Of a stretch of 64,000 nucleotides of DNA, positions 43,655-58,300 are shown piece by piece. The notes below the pieces were generated by a model. The model did no database searches. It was not told the DNA's origin and worked only from the letters and a program-made list of their open reading frames with translations. Location of the stretch: assembly GCF_009914755.1 (NCBI RefSeq), contig NC_060935.1. One strand, 5' to 3'. Source of the DNA: the human T2T-CHM13v2.0 reference genome, Homo sapiens. The first letter of the stretch is position 1. Every line of letters begins with the position of its first letter. The translations under genes and the position numbers were made by a program.

Positions 43655-46600
43655 TTTTCAATCCAACAAAGATCAAAAAGACAAAGAAGGGCATTACATA
43701 ATGGTAAAGGGATCAATGCAACAAGAAGAGCTAGCTATCCTAAATATATATGCACCCAATACAGGAGCACCCAGATTCATAAAGCAAGTTCTTAGAAACC
43801 TACAAAGAGACTTAGACTCCCACACAGTAATAGTGGGAGACTTTAACACCCCACTGTCAATATTACACAGATCAACGATACAGAAAATTAACAAGGATAT
43901 TCAGGATTTGAACTAAGCTCTGGACCAAGTGGACCTAAAAGACATCTACAGAACTCTCCACCCCAAATCAACAGAATACACGTTCTTCTCAGCACCACAT
44001 CGCACTTATTCTAAAATTGACCACATAATTGGAAGTAAAACACTCCTCAGCAAATGCAAAAGACTAGAAATAATAACAAACGGTCTCTCAGACCACAGTG
44101 CAATCAAATTAGAACTCAGGATTAAGAAACTCACTCAAAACTGCACAACTATATGGAAACTGAACAACTTGCTCCTGAGTGACTACTGGGTAAATAACGA
44201 AATAAAGGCAGAAATAAATAAGTTCTTTGAAACCAATGAGAATAAAGACACAGCATTCCAGAATCTCTGGGACACAGCTAAACCAGTGTTTAGAGGGAAA
44301 TTTATAGCACTAAATGCCCACAGGAGAAAGTGGGAAAGATCTAAAATCAACACCCTAACATCACAATTAGAAAAACTGGAAAAGCAAGAGCAAACAAATT
44401 CAAAAGCTAGCAGAAGACAAGAAATAACTAAAATCAGAGCAGAACTGAAGGAGATAGTGACACAAAAAACCCTTCAAAAAATCAATGAATCCAGGAGCAG
44501 GTTCAGGTTTTTTGAAAAGATCAATAAAATAGATAGACCATTAGCCAGACTAATAAGAAAAGACAGAAGAATCAAATAGACACAATAAAAAATGATAAAG
44601 GGGATATCACCACTGATCCCACAGAAATACAAACCACCATCAGAGAATACTATAAACACTTCTATGCAAACAAACTAGAAAATCTAGAAGAAATGGATAA
44701 ATTCCTGGACACACACACCCTCCCAAGACTAAACCAGGAAGACGCTGAATCCCTGAATAGACCAATAACAAGTTCAGAAATGGAGGCAGCAATTAATAGC
44801 CTAGCAACCAAAAAAAGTCCAGGACCAGATGGATTCACAGCCGAATTCTACCGGAGGTACAAAGAGGAGCTGGTACCATTCGTTCTGAAACTATCCCAAA
44901 CAACAGAAAAAGAGGGACTCCTCCCTAACTCATTTTGTGGGGCCAACATCAACCTGATACCAAACCCTGGCAGAGACAACACAAGAAAAGAAAATTTCAG
45001 ACCAATATCCCTGATGAACATTGATACCAACATTCTCAATAAAATACTGGCAAACAGAATCCAGCAGCACATCAAAAAGCTTATCGACTATGATCAAGTC
45101 AGCTTCATCCCTGGGATGAAAGGCTGGTGCAACATATGCAAATCAATAAACGTAATCCATCACGTAAACAGAACCAATGACAAAAACCACATGATTATCT
45201 CAATAGATGCAGAAAAGGCCTTCGAAAAAATTCAACAGCCCTTCTTGCTAAAAACCCTCAATAAACTAGGTATTGATGGAACGTATCTCAAAATAATAAA
45301 AGCTATTTATAACAAACCCACAGCCAATATCATACTGAATGGGCAAAAGCTGGAAGCATTCTCTTTGAAAGCCGGCACAAGACAAGGATGCCCTCTCTCA
45401 CCACTCCTATTCAACATAGTATTGGAAGTTCTGGCTAGGACAATCAGGCAAGAGAAAAAAATAAATGGTATTCAAATAGGAAGAGAGGAGGTCAAATTGT
45501 CTCTTTTTGCAGATGACATGATTGTATATTTAGAAAACCTCATCGTCTCAGCCCAAAATCTCCTTAAGCTGATAAGCAACTTCAGCAAAGTCTCAGGATA
45601 CAAAATCAATGTGCAAAAATCACAAGCATTCCTATACACCAATAATAAAGAGCCAAATCATGAGTGAACTCCCATTCACAATTGCTACAAAGAGAACAAA
45701 ATACCTAGGAATCCAGTTTACAAGGGATGTGAAGGATCTCTTCAAGGAGAACTACAAACCACTGCTCAAGGAAATAAGAGAGGACACAAACAAATGGAAA
45801 AACATTCCATGCTCATGGATAGGAAGAATCAGTATCATGAAAATGGCCATACTGACCAAAGTAATTTATAGATTCAATGCTATCCCCACAGAGCTACCAT
45901 TGACTCTCATCACAGAATTAGAAAAAAGTTTAAATTTCATGTGGAACCAAAAAAGAGGTTGCATAGCCAACACGTTCCTAAGCAAAAAGAACAAAGCTGG
46001 AGGCATCACGCTACCTGACTTCAAACTATACTACAAGGCTACCATAACCAAAACCGCATGGTACTGGTACCAAAACAGATATATAGACCAATGGGACAGA
46101 ACAGAGGCCTCAGAAATAATGCCACATATCTACAACCATCTGATCTTTGCCAAAACTGACAAAAACAAGCAATGGGGAAAGGATTCCCTATTTAATAAAT
46201 GGTGTTGGGAAAACTGGCTAGCCATACGCAGAAAACTGAAACTGGACCCCTTCCTTACACCTTATACAAAAATTAACTCAACTAGATTAAAGACTTAAAT
46301 GTAAGCCCTAAAACCATAAAAACCCTAGAAGAAAACCTAGGCAATACCACTCAGGACATAGGCATGGGCAAAGACTTCATGACTAAAACACCAAAAGCAA
46401 TGGCAACAAAAGTCAAAATTGACAAACGGGATCTAATTAAACTAAAGAGCTTCTGCAGAGCAAAAGAATCTATCATCAGAGTGAAGAGGCAACCTACAGA
46501 ATGGGAGAAAATTTTTGCAATCTATCCATCTGACAAAGGGCTAATATACAGAATCTACAAGGAACTTAAATTTACAAGAAAATTTACAAATTTACAAGAA

Positions 46601-47462
46601 AAAACAACCCCATTAAAAAGTGGGTGAAGGATATGAACAGACACTTCTCAAAAGAAGATATTTATGCAGCCAACAAACATGATAAAAAGCTCATTATCAC
46701 TGGTCATTAGAGAAATGCAAATCAAAACCACAATGAGATACCATCTCACTCCAGTTAGAATGGTGATCATTAAAAAGTCAGGAAACAACCGATGCTGGAG
46801 AGGATGTGGAGAAATAGGAACGCTTTTACACTGTTGGTGGGAGTGTAAATGAGTTCAACTGTTGTGAAGACAGTGTGGTGATTCCTCAAGGATCTAGAAC
46901 CAGAAATACCATTTGACCCAGCAATCCCATTACTGGGTATATATCTAAAGTATTATAAATCATTCTACTACAAAGACACATGCACACGTGTGTTTACTGC
47001 AGCACTGTTCACAACAGCAGAAACTTGGAACCAACCCAAATGCCCATCAATGATAGACTGGAAAAAGAAAATGTGGCACATATACAGCATGGAATACTAT
47101 GCCACCACAAAAAAGGATGAGTTCATGTCCTCTGCAGGGACATGGATGAAGCTGGAAACCATCATTCTCAGCAAACTATCACAAGATCAGAAAACCAACC
47201 ACCGCATGTTCTCACCCATAAGTGGGAGTTCAACAATGAGAACACACGGAAAACAAGGAGGGAAACATCACACACCAGGGCCTGTTGGGGTGGGCAGGGG
47301 GTGGGGAGGGACTGCATTAGGAGAAATACCTAATGTAGGTGACAGGTTGATGGGTGCAGCAAACCACCATGGCATGTGTATACCTATGTAACAAACCTGC
47401 ACGTTCTTCACATGTATCCCAGAACTTAAAGTATATATTTAAAAAAAATTTTTTTTAAAAAA
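43655..47462 (+). mobile_element. 5'-truncated primate L1PA (mid-age, about PA7-PA8), inactive; antisense to SYTL2
   Basis: ORF2 fragments for endonuclease (NIYAPN, GDFNTPL, SDH), RT ([15 protein letters not shown]) and C-terminal cysteine region, broken by stops and frameshifts; G-rich 3' UTR and A tail. Confidence 0.96.
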
Positions 47463-48281
47463 GCAAACTTGATTGTTGCTATTGTGAATTATCCTGACTA
47501 CAAAGAAACTATCATAGGGTTCGATGCAGGCTTACTGAAGATGGCAGAGGGTACACAGCATGTTTTTTTCTATTGTTTCTGTTTTTTTAAAAAACATAAG
47601 AAATTATGATTATAAAACATTATGATTACTTCATGATCATATAGGTATAAAAGTAGTTTCAGGCATCCCCTGAGAGTGGTAAGACCTTCAAGACAAGGCT
47701 AGTTAGCAGGGAAAAGCAGTACCCTCATTGCCTCTCAACTCACACAAGCTGAAGGAGAAAGTGCCTTCAGGGCTTTTAAAGCCTAAGAACAAATGGCTGG
47801 AGGCCTGAGCAGGCCAAAGTCTGAGGCTTTTGCATAGTAAGGCCTCAAAGTCTAGTTTCCCATCCTTTGACACTAAGAAAGTGAAGGTTCTCTTGAGATT
47901 ACAAGAGAAACCAAAGTCTGGTAAAATTGTAATTAATAAATTTGCATTAGGTGAGTAATAATACATTTACCCTGTACAAAGGTATTAGCTAATGAAAGGA
48001 AGTCTTTCTTACTCTATTCCACCTTGATTTAACTAAAAACATTGTCATTTGTTTAAATAATTGATATGGTTATATATATTTTAGGGTAAAGCATAATGGG
48101 CCAGAAACTGTGCTATCCTGGTACTTTTAGTTATTGGTGATTGAGGAAAATCTCCAAGCCCATTAAGAGGTATAAACATTTCCAGTGGCATCTGTCTGAA
48201 TTGTAGATGGAATGCCTAGAAGGTTAAATTGGGCTTCTACAGGACTAGCTGGCCTGGGCATTTCAAGCCCACCAAGTTTTT

Positions 48282-48596
<315 letters not shown>

Positions 48597-48636
48597 CCAC
48601 CAAGTTTTTATAATCTAGTAGTGACAACTCTCTTAC

Positions 48637-49440
48637 CAGCAGGGCTTCTGGGTAATACAGATTCAAGCCTTGTTAATTCTGATGATTTATCTTTGGGTTC
48701 ATTGATGGTTGGTGAATTCTCCATAGACTGTGGTCTTGCAGTTAAAACTTCTGAATGAGAATGCAGCCCATTAATTGGAAAAGAACCAGAAGTCATTGGC
48801 TGATGTGTTTCACTTTTTGATACATATGGGCTTGAGGTTGATTGATGAAAAAGCGAAGGCTTTCTGTATTGAGAAGGCTTAGGGTCACTCTGAAACTCTT
48901 CTGTGTCCCCTGCATCTTCCATTCCATTTTTCAATCTGTCAGATTCTAAAACACTAAATTCTCCTACTTCCCGACCATGGATTAGCCCAGGACTCTGTGG
49001 AAGCTCATCCTTCACTGCAGAGAATCTCACATGCTTTAATGGCTCCAGGGAGTTTGGGGAAGAGTTGTCTTCTAAAGAATGCTCCTTCTCAGAAATTCTC
49101 TCATGGATGGTTAGGCCAGGTGACACAATTTTGCTTTTGGGTTCAAAGTTGTGATTATAACGAAGGGTTTCTGAGTCTGTGCTACTGGAACTGGAGTTGC
49201 GCTTGAGGATCCCTCTCGGAGCCCCTCTCGCTTTCAGGGAGTCTGTCCTTTGTCTAGGAAAAGACTGGTTATCATCTTTGTTTAAATCAGTTGATTTGTA
49301 GATCATCTTCCTGGCTTTGGGGATTGGAGCCTTGATTTGGGACCCATTTGAAAGGCCTGGCAAAGTCTGCTTTGATTTCTCTAACTTTTGGATTGAAGTA
49401 TCTGCGACAGTTGACTTTTCTTTTGACTCTGACAATTCAT
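48637..49440 (-). CDS. SYTL2: SYTL2 804-nt exon ([10 protein letters not shown]...SVLPRSPA)
   Basis: ttttcag|ATGAAT acceptor, CTG|gtaaga donor; phase 1-1. Confidence 0.96.
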
Positions 49441-49609
49441 CTGAAAATTAAAACACAGTAGGTGATATATCATATAGAGAGTAATATATAATTTAAAATA
49501 CCTGTCATAAACTTAACCTACACTTAGTGAAACTATTAAAATATTAAAGACAGTAAAGTATGTGGCACAACTACAGGCCTAATGTGAAAAGCTTTTAAAA
49601 ATTCATGCA

Positions 49610-49925
49610 TTGGAGCACAGAGGACTTTTAGGGCACTGGAACTACTCTATGACACTACAATGGTGGCCGCACACTATTATACTTTTGTCCAAACCCATAG
49701 AATGTACACCATGAAGAGTGAACCCTGATGTAAACGATGTACTTTGGGTGATAGTGATGTCTCAATGTGGTTCATCACGTGTAACAAATGTACCATTCTC
49801 ATGAGGAATGTTGATAATGAGGGAGGCTATGCCTGTGTGGGGAGAGGGTGTATATGGAAAACGTCTGTATCTTTTGCTCAGTATTGTGAACCTAAAACTG
49901 CTCTAAAAAATAACGTCTATTCGAA
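49610..49925 (+). mobile_element. L1MC-type 3'-end fragment
   Basis: cccatagaatgtacacc...gtgaaccctgatgtaaac...gtgaacctaaaactgctctaaaaaataa. Confidence 0.8.
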
Positions 49926-50172
49926 AAATCATGTATAAACTTCATTGCACTGTACATTTAAGATTACTGTGCTTTATATAGTTTGTGATTATTTTACACC
50001 CAATACAGAAAGTTTTTTTAAGAATGAAAAGAAAATTTCTCAAAAGAGGCTTAAAGAAAAACATAGAAGTCACTTAAATTCACCTGCAGAAATCAGAAAA
50101 GGAAATTCAGTTTAAAAAAATAAAACCCCATTACCTAACACAAAATTTATTTTTGTCAGAAAGTTAAAAACA

Positions 50173-50470
50173 GGCCAAGCGCAGTGGCTCACACCTGTAA
50201 TCCCAGCACTTTGGGAAGCCGAGGTGGGTGGATCACTTGAGTCCAGGAGTTTGAGACCAGCCTGGCCAAAAGGGTGAAACCTCATTTCTACTAAAAATAC
50301 AAAAATTAGGCGGGTGTGGTAGAGCACGCCTGTAGTCCCAGCTACTCAGAAGGCTGAGGCACAAGAAGCCCCGGAACCCGGGAGGCGAAGGGTGCAATGA
50401 GCCGAGATTGCACCACTGCACTCCAGCCTGGGCAATAGAGTGGGACTCCATGGCCAAAAAAAAAAAAGAA
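50173..50470 (+). mobile_element. Alu (AluS-type)
   Basis: Full dimer; TSD aaagttaaaaaca. Confidence 0.95.
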
Positions 50471-51198
50471 AAGTTAAAAACAAACATCTAACATGTTCCA
50501 GTGATTTTTTTCTACAAAATATTTTATGTAATCTAAAACGTGCCCAGTGGAAAGTATTTTAATATTCAGACAGGCTAATTGAAAACCCCAGCTCCACTGT
50601 TTTTTAATTTTCTACCCCTAACCACTCTTTAATGCTTGTGGAATCTTCTTCAAGTTGATTTTGAAGAGATTGAAATGTTTAGCATTTCCTCTTAACAGTA
50701 TATAAAAATGATAAAATTCCATAGCAGGCTGACTTACATCAATTGAGCCACAAACCTGATCAAACGCTTTTGGGCGGCTGGGCTGAGAATTACAGATTAG
50801 AGGATCATAACATTGTCAACAGGCTTTTTCTTCTTGAGGCAAGCCCTTTTAAACAGAACTTTGTGAACACACAGTAGGCATCTAATAAATACTGTTAAGT
50901 GGAAGACTGAATGTCTTGGGTCAAAAAATCTCCCAATTTACTGATGAGGGAATCCAAGACACAATGGAAGTCACGTAACAAGTCACAGCTCTGAGACTGG
51001 AATGCGTGAGCTATCAGTTTCTCAAATTTCTGCTTCCTCTCCCTCAGGAAGGAAACCAACAAGCACCGTAAAATAAGAAAACCATCAGGACTTTTCACTT
51101 TCTCTTGGAAGTTATTTGAGCAAAAGGAACTCTGAGAATTTCCCTTAGTCCACAGATAACAAAGATAAAAAAATCAAGTTCATAAAAATAATATTTAC

Positions 51199-51313
51199 CC
51201 TCTTTTGAAGTCTGAAATAAACCAGTTCTTCCATTTTTTGACTGTTCATTTTTAGTTTGTTGTGACGAGTGACCTTCTGGCAACTTGGAGCTATTAAACG
51301 GATTCTTCCTCTG
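51199..51313 (-). CDS. SYTL2: SYTL2 exon ((Q)[13 protein letters not shown]...FQTSKE)
   Basis: cccag|CAG|AGG NAGNAG acceptor, AGG|gtaaat donor; 115 or 112 nt. Confidence 0.95.
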
Positions 51314-52272
51314 CTGGGGACAAATATTGTTTATTAAACTTATTTTAAATGTCATGACAGCAACTCAGTGTTGGCAAATGCCTATTATCTTCAATTTTGA
51401 TAGTTTTATCCCATAAACTCCATTATTTGGCATGTTTGAAAAACAGTTGTCCTGATTAATCTGCTTAGCACAGAGTTACCATATATGCCATTTAAAAATT
51501 ATATAAAATACATGCAAAGCCAGAGTCCTACAAAGTTAGCTCAGAATCAGACACTTAAATCAAAATCCCACATTTTACAGGTGAAAAAACTTGGCCCCGG
51601 ATATAGCAAAGACCAGATCAAGGTCAAAGGAAACTTGGGTCTCTAATCAGGTCAGAGTCCCACCAGTGATTCTTCTACCATACCAGACTCTCAGTGTGCT
51701 AGATCACAAGTGTACAAAATACAACTGTAATTGACCTTTCCTAAAGATTTTGGAGACATTTTAGGTATCTTGAAGTGCTTCATAGTCATTATTATTATCA
51801 TCAATTCTAATGATAAAAATGGTATCAATAGAGGTTTTAAAAATTAATATAGGAATCAATAACAATGTTTACTGTCTACAGTTTAATAAATTAGCAATTC
51901 TCTCCCAGAAGCAGATCTCTAACAGAGATTTAGGAAGCTATGCATAGGAATATAGGAATAAGGACTGACATGGAACTAACAAGCCTTATTCCATATGCTA
52001 AAAAGCAGCAGCACCAAATAGCTTCAGACTTTTTACCCTCTAGGGCAAGAAATCTGGGTCTTCAGCAATGCAATGACATGGTATCCATCCACTTTTTCCA
52101 CCATGAGAGTGACTTCTTAAACTAGTGACTTCTTAAAATAGTGAAAATTACCTGTATTTGGTACCAAAAAACTGTACTACAAAATTCTCTTTATTTTGTG
52201 GTGCTTTGACACAATGAGGAAAAATGGCATTCCTAACAAATACAAGATTTTCAAAATCTGGGCTCAGTCTAC

Positions 52273-52354
52273 CTTCTCTGGAGACACATTTGGTTTCCTT
52301 GTGTTTTCCTGGGACATATCAATCACACTGGAAGCTGGATTTACCACACTGGAA
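52273..52354 (-). CDS. SYTL2: SYTL2 exon ([27 protein letters not shown])
   Basis: ttttgcag| acceptor, AAG|gtagac donor; 82 nt; phase fits neighbours. Confidence 0.94.
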
Positions 52355-55300
52355 CTGCAAAAGAAACAATAATTCAGAGAATAAAACCTCACCTTTTGAG
52401 GAATCATAAATTATGCCTCTGAAGTGGAAAGCTATCAGCAGGCTAGGAGAGGAAGCTGGTGCAGAAGAATAAGAAGGATTCTCTAGAGAATTATTCCCTA
52501 TCCCAGGGACAGGACAGCACCAGAGTGAGAGTAAGGCAAGAGTGAGTGGAGACAAGTGAGGTGAGCAGGCTCCCTCCAGAACCACCACACCCTTGACTGT
52601 TGATTGAGAAGGGCAAAAGAGGGTCACGGAGGCCCTGGGTGGGGAGAGGAACAACCTGCTCAGACTTCCTGTTCCAGTGGTCTTGCCTCAGGCACAGGAG
52701 GTGAAGTTGCTATTGGCTGAAGCCTTCGTGTCCTGTTACCACCACCAGTTCTCTCAGTGGCATCACAGAGTCAGGAGCTTGGAAAACACCTTAGTTTGTG
52801 GAGGTAGGGGTAAGATTCCTGCTTTTCCCCATGAAGTAAGGAACCAAAGGCCTGGAGAGGAGGGGAATAATTTGCCCCCAAGGCCACAGAACCTCAACCA
52901 AGATTGTTGTCACTAAAACCATGGGCTAGATGTTCCTGCAGCCTCATTTCTTTTCTTTATCTCTGTACTTCAATTGCTATTTTTACACAATTACTCCCAA
53001 GAAAAGGCTGAGCTCTTGAAGAAGCCATTCTTCCTTTCATTACTTCCTTTCATTGTTCCAGAAAGGCATTATAGCAGATGAGCAGAAGGATATAAAATAC
53101 AGCCTGATTACATAGAGGCGAGAAAGGGGGAAAATAGAGGATGGGAGGGAAAGGGGAGGGAACAGAATAGGAATGTATAATGGAGCCCGAATTAAGGCTA
53201 ATAGACACATTACAGGAGTCCTCCATTCCTGTAATAGGTGTGCACAAACTTGAATCAAGCTATCTAGAAACAGTGAAAAAAGAAACCTAGTCACTGATAT
53301 AATTCAGTCTCTATATAATAAAAACAACCAATAGCTCAGAACCAGAAAGCAATTTCTCTTGAATGTCATTTTTAGAAGCCAGTGGGTGATATGAGGAACA
53401 ACATCCCTATAGTCGATGCTATGCTCAGTTTCTCAGAGTGTTCTGCATAATCTTCCTTAGTAAATAAAGCAGTTACATAATCAGAAGACCTGAGCCAAGT
53501 GCTGATGGTTGGGGGTCTCTGTGGAACACCTGTCTTTTTCCACCATCTTTCTCCTTTCCCCTTCCCACTCACCAAGCCTAAAGGATAAGCAGAGTGTCTA
53601 TATCCTTCTCCCTCTGCTCCCTGAAATTCCAGTTCCTGTGCCTCCAGGCCGCCAGCCTCAACAGCCCATATTGCAAATCATGTAGTCCCTACCTCCTAGA
53701 GATGAGGTCTCTCCCTTACTGAGCTGTACCTAGCTATGTATTTCATGTCTACTATGCAACCTCCTCTGTGTATACATATCTTACCTCGCATAGTAAAGTG
53801 GGAGATCCCTCAAGAGTATCTCAAACATCTTTATATCCCCTGCAGTGCCTTGCACAGTGCCTGGTACATAACTGGTGAATGGCTAAATAAACGAAGGCCA
53901 ATTGAGCCAGTGCCAGGAGAAGCAGCAACAGATAGTAAGCAGGAGGCTGGCTTTTTTTTTTTTTTTTTTTTTAATCCATGTTATTTGCCAAACTGCAGTG
54001 AGGCAGACTATTCAGGTATTAAACAAAATGTCTGTTTCCGCTATTCGGAAAGAAAAAGAGAGGAAGAAACAAAACAGTCAGAACACATAGTAAGACACTA
54101 AAATATTAGAAACACACAGGATTCATTCAGTTACCTTGTGGTTGGGATAGGGGCAAACTGGGATGAGGGGGGATACTCAGTTAAAGTTTACAGTCTGCTT
54201 AATAGGAAAAAATTAAAACAAGAGTCTTATTTCCTCAAATTTTGTCTGAAAATGCAGCTACTTCCTAGTAGCTTTGTTTCTCTCAAGGGATACTATAATG
54301 TTTTGCTTGTCTGTCTTTTATTGGGCAATCAGTACTGCAACCACCTTATTCTCAATTGATCCTTGCATCATCTCTATGTTATCTATCATTTTATCTATCA
54401 TTCTCTCCATCTCACTTATGAAAAAACTGAGGTTCACAGAGGTTAAGTCACCTGCTTGATGTTACAAAATTGGCAAAAGAGCTGGGGATTTGAACCCAGG
54501 TGTGTCTGACTCCAAAGACAATCATGGTAATGGCTAGGCTATACTGCCTCTGGTTTCTTGCATTAAAGCAGTGGCTTGTGGCAAGAGGACTGGAGGCAAG
54601 TCTGGGTGATTCTTCCCTCCCAGAGACTCCCACATCTGTCTCTTCTACCTCTACTGACACCTCCTTTATTTGTGTCAACTCTATTGGCCTCACATTTGGC
54701 TTCCTGACTCCCAAGTTCCACTCTCCTAAACCATTCTACGTTCTACCACTACGCTGGAGTGGTCCAAAATGCAACTTTGGTGGTGTCTTTCTTCTGTTCA
54801 TTACCTTTGCAGGATCCTCAAGGCCTGTGGAATGAAGTCTGAACTCCTTGGCAAGGTACTGGAGACCATCCACCATCTGCCCCAATATACTTCCCATTCT
54901 TCCTTTCTATTGACCTTTCATGCCAAACAAAATGGTCAATCTACTTACTGCCCCAGAAACTCACCTGACTCTGCTATTTCCACTTAACCTATTCCCAGTC
55001 CCTCCTTGTAAGTGTTCTTTTTGCTTTCTTTGTCTACCCAAATCGTCCCTATCCTCTTCATGCCCAGTCCAAATCTCACCTCTTATATCAACCTGGCTAG
55101 GAGTATGTCTCTCTTGCCTCAATTATTGCAGCACATTTTATTGGTACTTTGGATTAGGAATTTCCTTTCTTCCTGGCACTATTTGCTATCATGTGGTCAT
55201 ATCTTCATAAATCGGTGCATTATTTTTCCTAAGAGAATACAGAATAGAGCCAGATACTGTGTCTTCTGTTTCTTAGAATTCCTCTCAGAGGGTAGCAGAC

Positions 55301-58300
55301 TGTGTCCTGAATATAAAAGATACTCCATACATTCCACATGATAAGATTTTTAAACTATGAAGCAAGCCAAATTCCATACCCTGTGTTCTGTAACCTTCCC
55401 TCAGGCACTCTTCAAAAAAGGAACTGCAACATTAGAAGCAGCACTCAGACAGAATTAGTTTACTTTGTTAAGAAGATTATTAAAATATTAGACTATGGTA
55501 TTGGCATCAGGGTGCCCCTCCTAAAAGCATCTTCATTTTAATACAAGTCTTTGAAATCTTAAATAAAAAGAATAAATAACATCAGGAAGGGCCCCTGGGG
55601 GAAGAGGTTTTACAGCCGTTTTAAAATTATACCACACAGGCAGCTGCCTGCTATACCCAGCCACAAGGTGCTTCTATGCACATGCAGTCATTTAAAAAAG
55701 GTTTTTAACGTTCACCAGCCTTTCTCTCTACAACAGTTAAAAATAGTAGCAGATATGCCTTTTTCTGAGGTTTTTTTTTTTTTCTTAGCTTAAATGTTGT
55801 TTATAGAACCAAATTCTACAAGTGTTGTTGACTTGTTTTTTGTTGTTTTGATCTCTCCCTTTGTACTGTGACTTCCTTGGGGGCTCAAGCTGTGTCTCAT
55901 CCCCAGCACCCAGAACTGTGCTGGCATGTGTTGGCACTTAATGAAGCATGAACAAATGAGCAAACAAATGAAGAAACGGCTCAGGGATGGAGTGAGGGAA
56001 GCAAATTAGAAAATATCTTATCTGAAGCACCTCAAGTCAGTATTTCTTTAAGTAAAATATTACTTGTGAGTATACATAGTTCTCCAGTGTTCCCACTGTT
56101 CAGGCTACAGAGTTGTTGAACATGCATATAAAAGTATGAGGCATTTTTATGTCACAGTGAAACTATTCTTACTACAACTGATATGAGTAAATCTGAGCTC
56201 TTATAGAATTAAGAATTATTATTTTAAGAGTTCAATATAAATGACTTTGTAGGCCAGGCCTCCAAGAAATGAAATCTTCACATTACTAGATTTGCTATCA
56301 ATCCTGGGAAAAAATATCAGATGCATTATCTCAGATTGGCTCATCTCTACCCTGCCTTTGGGAGCAAGCTAGGTACCTTACACTCATCTTAATACTAGGG
56401 GTAAACGCAATAGCTAATCCTTCTGGGAGAGGGAAATTAATATCTACGAAAGACTTTCAGGAAAAAGAGCATTGTGGGGGAAAACTAAGAGCTAAAGATG
56501 TGGCTTTAATTGATTGGTTCCTATTCAACAGACGGTAAGAAGGAGACTGGTGTCAGAAGCATCCCTAAGGCACAGGCAATGAAGCACAAAGACTTACCAA
56601 ATAGTGTTTTAATTCTACCAAAAACAAAGTTAGGTGTAAATGCACAGTTTTTCTTGCAAGGAAATTTATCATTTTCTTGCGATTTTACAGGTAAGTGCCC
56701 AGAAGAAAACCTGCCAATGCCATGGACTGAAATACAACAGTGAAGGGTTGATCTTGTTCTCCCTGAACTCATTTGGGAGACATTCTCTAGAGATGTTTGA
56801 TTACTAGCCATTACAAACCTCTGCAGCAGCCAAGCCTCCTTACAAGCCAAGGACAGGGCATGGCCACGCAGAGGTTTATTGGCTACCTCCTGCAGTCTAG
56901 TTCTCCATCTTGAATGCTCTTCTCTCATAGCTATGCAAATCTGAGAGGGCCCTCAAATTCTCCTCTATTTTTCTATAATTGCCAGGGCTTATGGGGACAC
57001 TTCTGAAGTGACAGCTTCTTAGTAAAACCAGAACAGACCTAATTTGATAGTCAGGAAACATTATACCTCATTTACGGACAGGGTCCTGACCTTCATGGGA
57101 TGAGTCTTCATTCTGTACTCCCCACCTTGGCTCAGCCATGTCCTGTGGATTACTGTGTACATATTCAAGAGTTATTTTCTGTTGTGGGGGGCACACAATG
57201 TGCTATCAGCATATGGTTCATGGACCAGTGCCCATCCATGCACTGTTTGCCACTGGTTCACAATGAGATAAGTACAGAAACGGAGGCTATGTGCTGAAGA
57301 ACTATTTATAGCAAACATGATCGACGGGCTTATCTTTTGCATGCCACTGTTGTTTTCTGTATTTTATTTTTCTAGTATTTATTTTCATTATATTTTACAT
57401 AAGATATCAATCTGTGATGATTAGAAATAAAAACTTTAAAATGAAACAAAACTAGTCCTTCACTACAAAGGGTTTATGAAGTGCTGGTCCAACCAACACT
57501 GCCCACCTGAAAAGTCTGTAACCAGAACTAGAAATGTGAGCATTCAGGGTTTTCCTTTTGCTACTCCAGAACAAGCCTTATTTTCTTCTCCTCTGCTCAT
57601 AAACCTCTCTGCTTCCTTGTACTCCAGGTGCAAACAAAGGTGAGTTAAGAAAGAATGCAGTCAGCTGCCAATGCTTGACTACATGCTGGGTACCCACAGT
57701 GTTTTACTTCTTCATGTGTGGAACCCCACAGAATCGTGCCCACAACAGAAAGAAAGATGTTGCCACAGAGCCTATTAGCAAAACTCCAGAAACTACAATA
57801 ACCAGCCTATCACCTTACACTCCCCAACTTCTGACTCCTGGCTAAGGAAATACTGACAGGTATTGAGTCATTCTATTAAAGTTCACTTAGTCTAAAAGTA
57901 CAGGCCCCAAAATACACTTAACACACCCAGTTCACAAAGGTTAAAGTATAGGTAAGAAACATTGCAGGAACTTGATACTGAGTAAGGTAGTAGTTTCTAA
58001 TATAGAAAGAAGGAAGTAAAAAATAGCTCATTCTAACTTTCTGGATAATTACCACCCATGGCATGTGTTATAGGACTGGCCTTTAATGAGCAAAGCATCC
58101 TGGATACGCCTAACATCTTTATTCTTGCCTTCTCAAACATACTTCATCCATGTAATAATAACAATTTTCATGCCACCGGAAAATGGCCAATTTTCTTTCT
58201 TCCTGAGAAATGCTGACTGATTCTCATACCTTGTTTCATTTAATCTCACAATGTCCTGGTGAGGAAATTCTGTTCTGATTTACAGATGAGACCTGAAAGA

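Noticed and set aside
47287-47310. G-quadruplex motif
   Set aside because: Standard G-rich tract of the L1 3' UTR, not locus-specific.
43701-47391. Endonuclease/reverse-transcriptase ORFs as a novel or active retro-system
   Set aside because: Ordinary L1 ORF2 fragments with stops and frameshifts; no ORF1 or 5' promoter.
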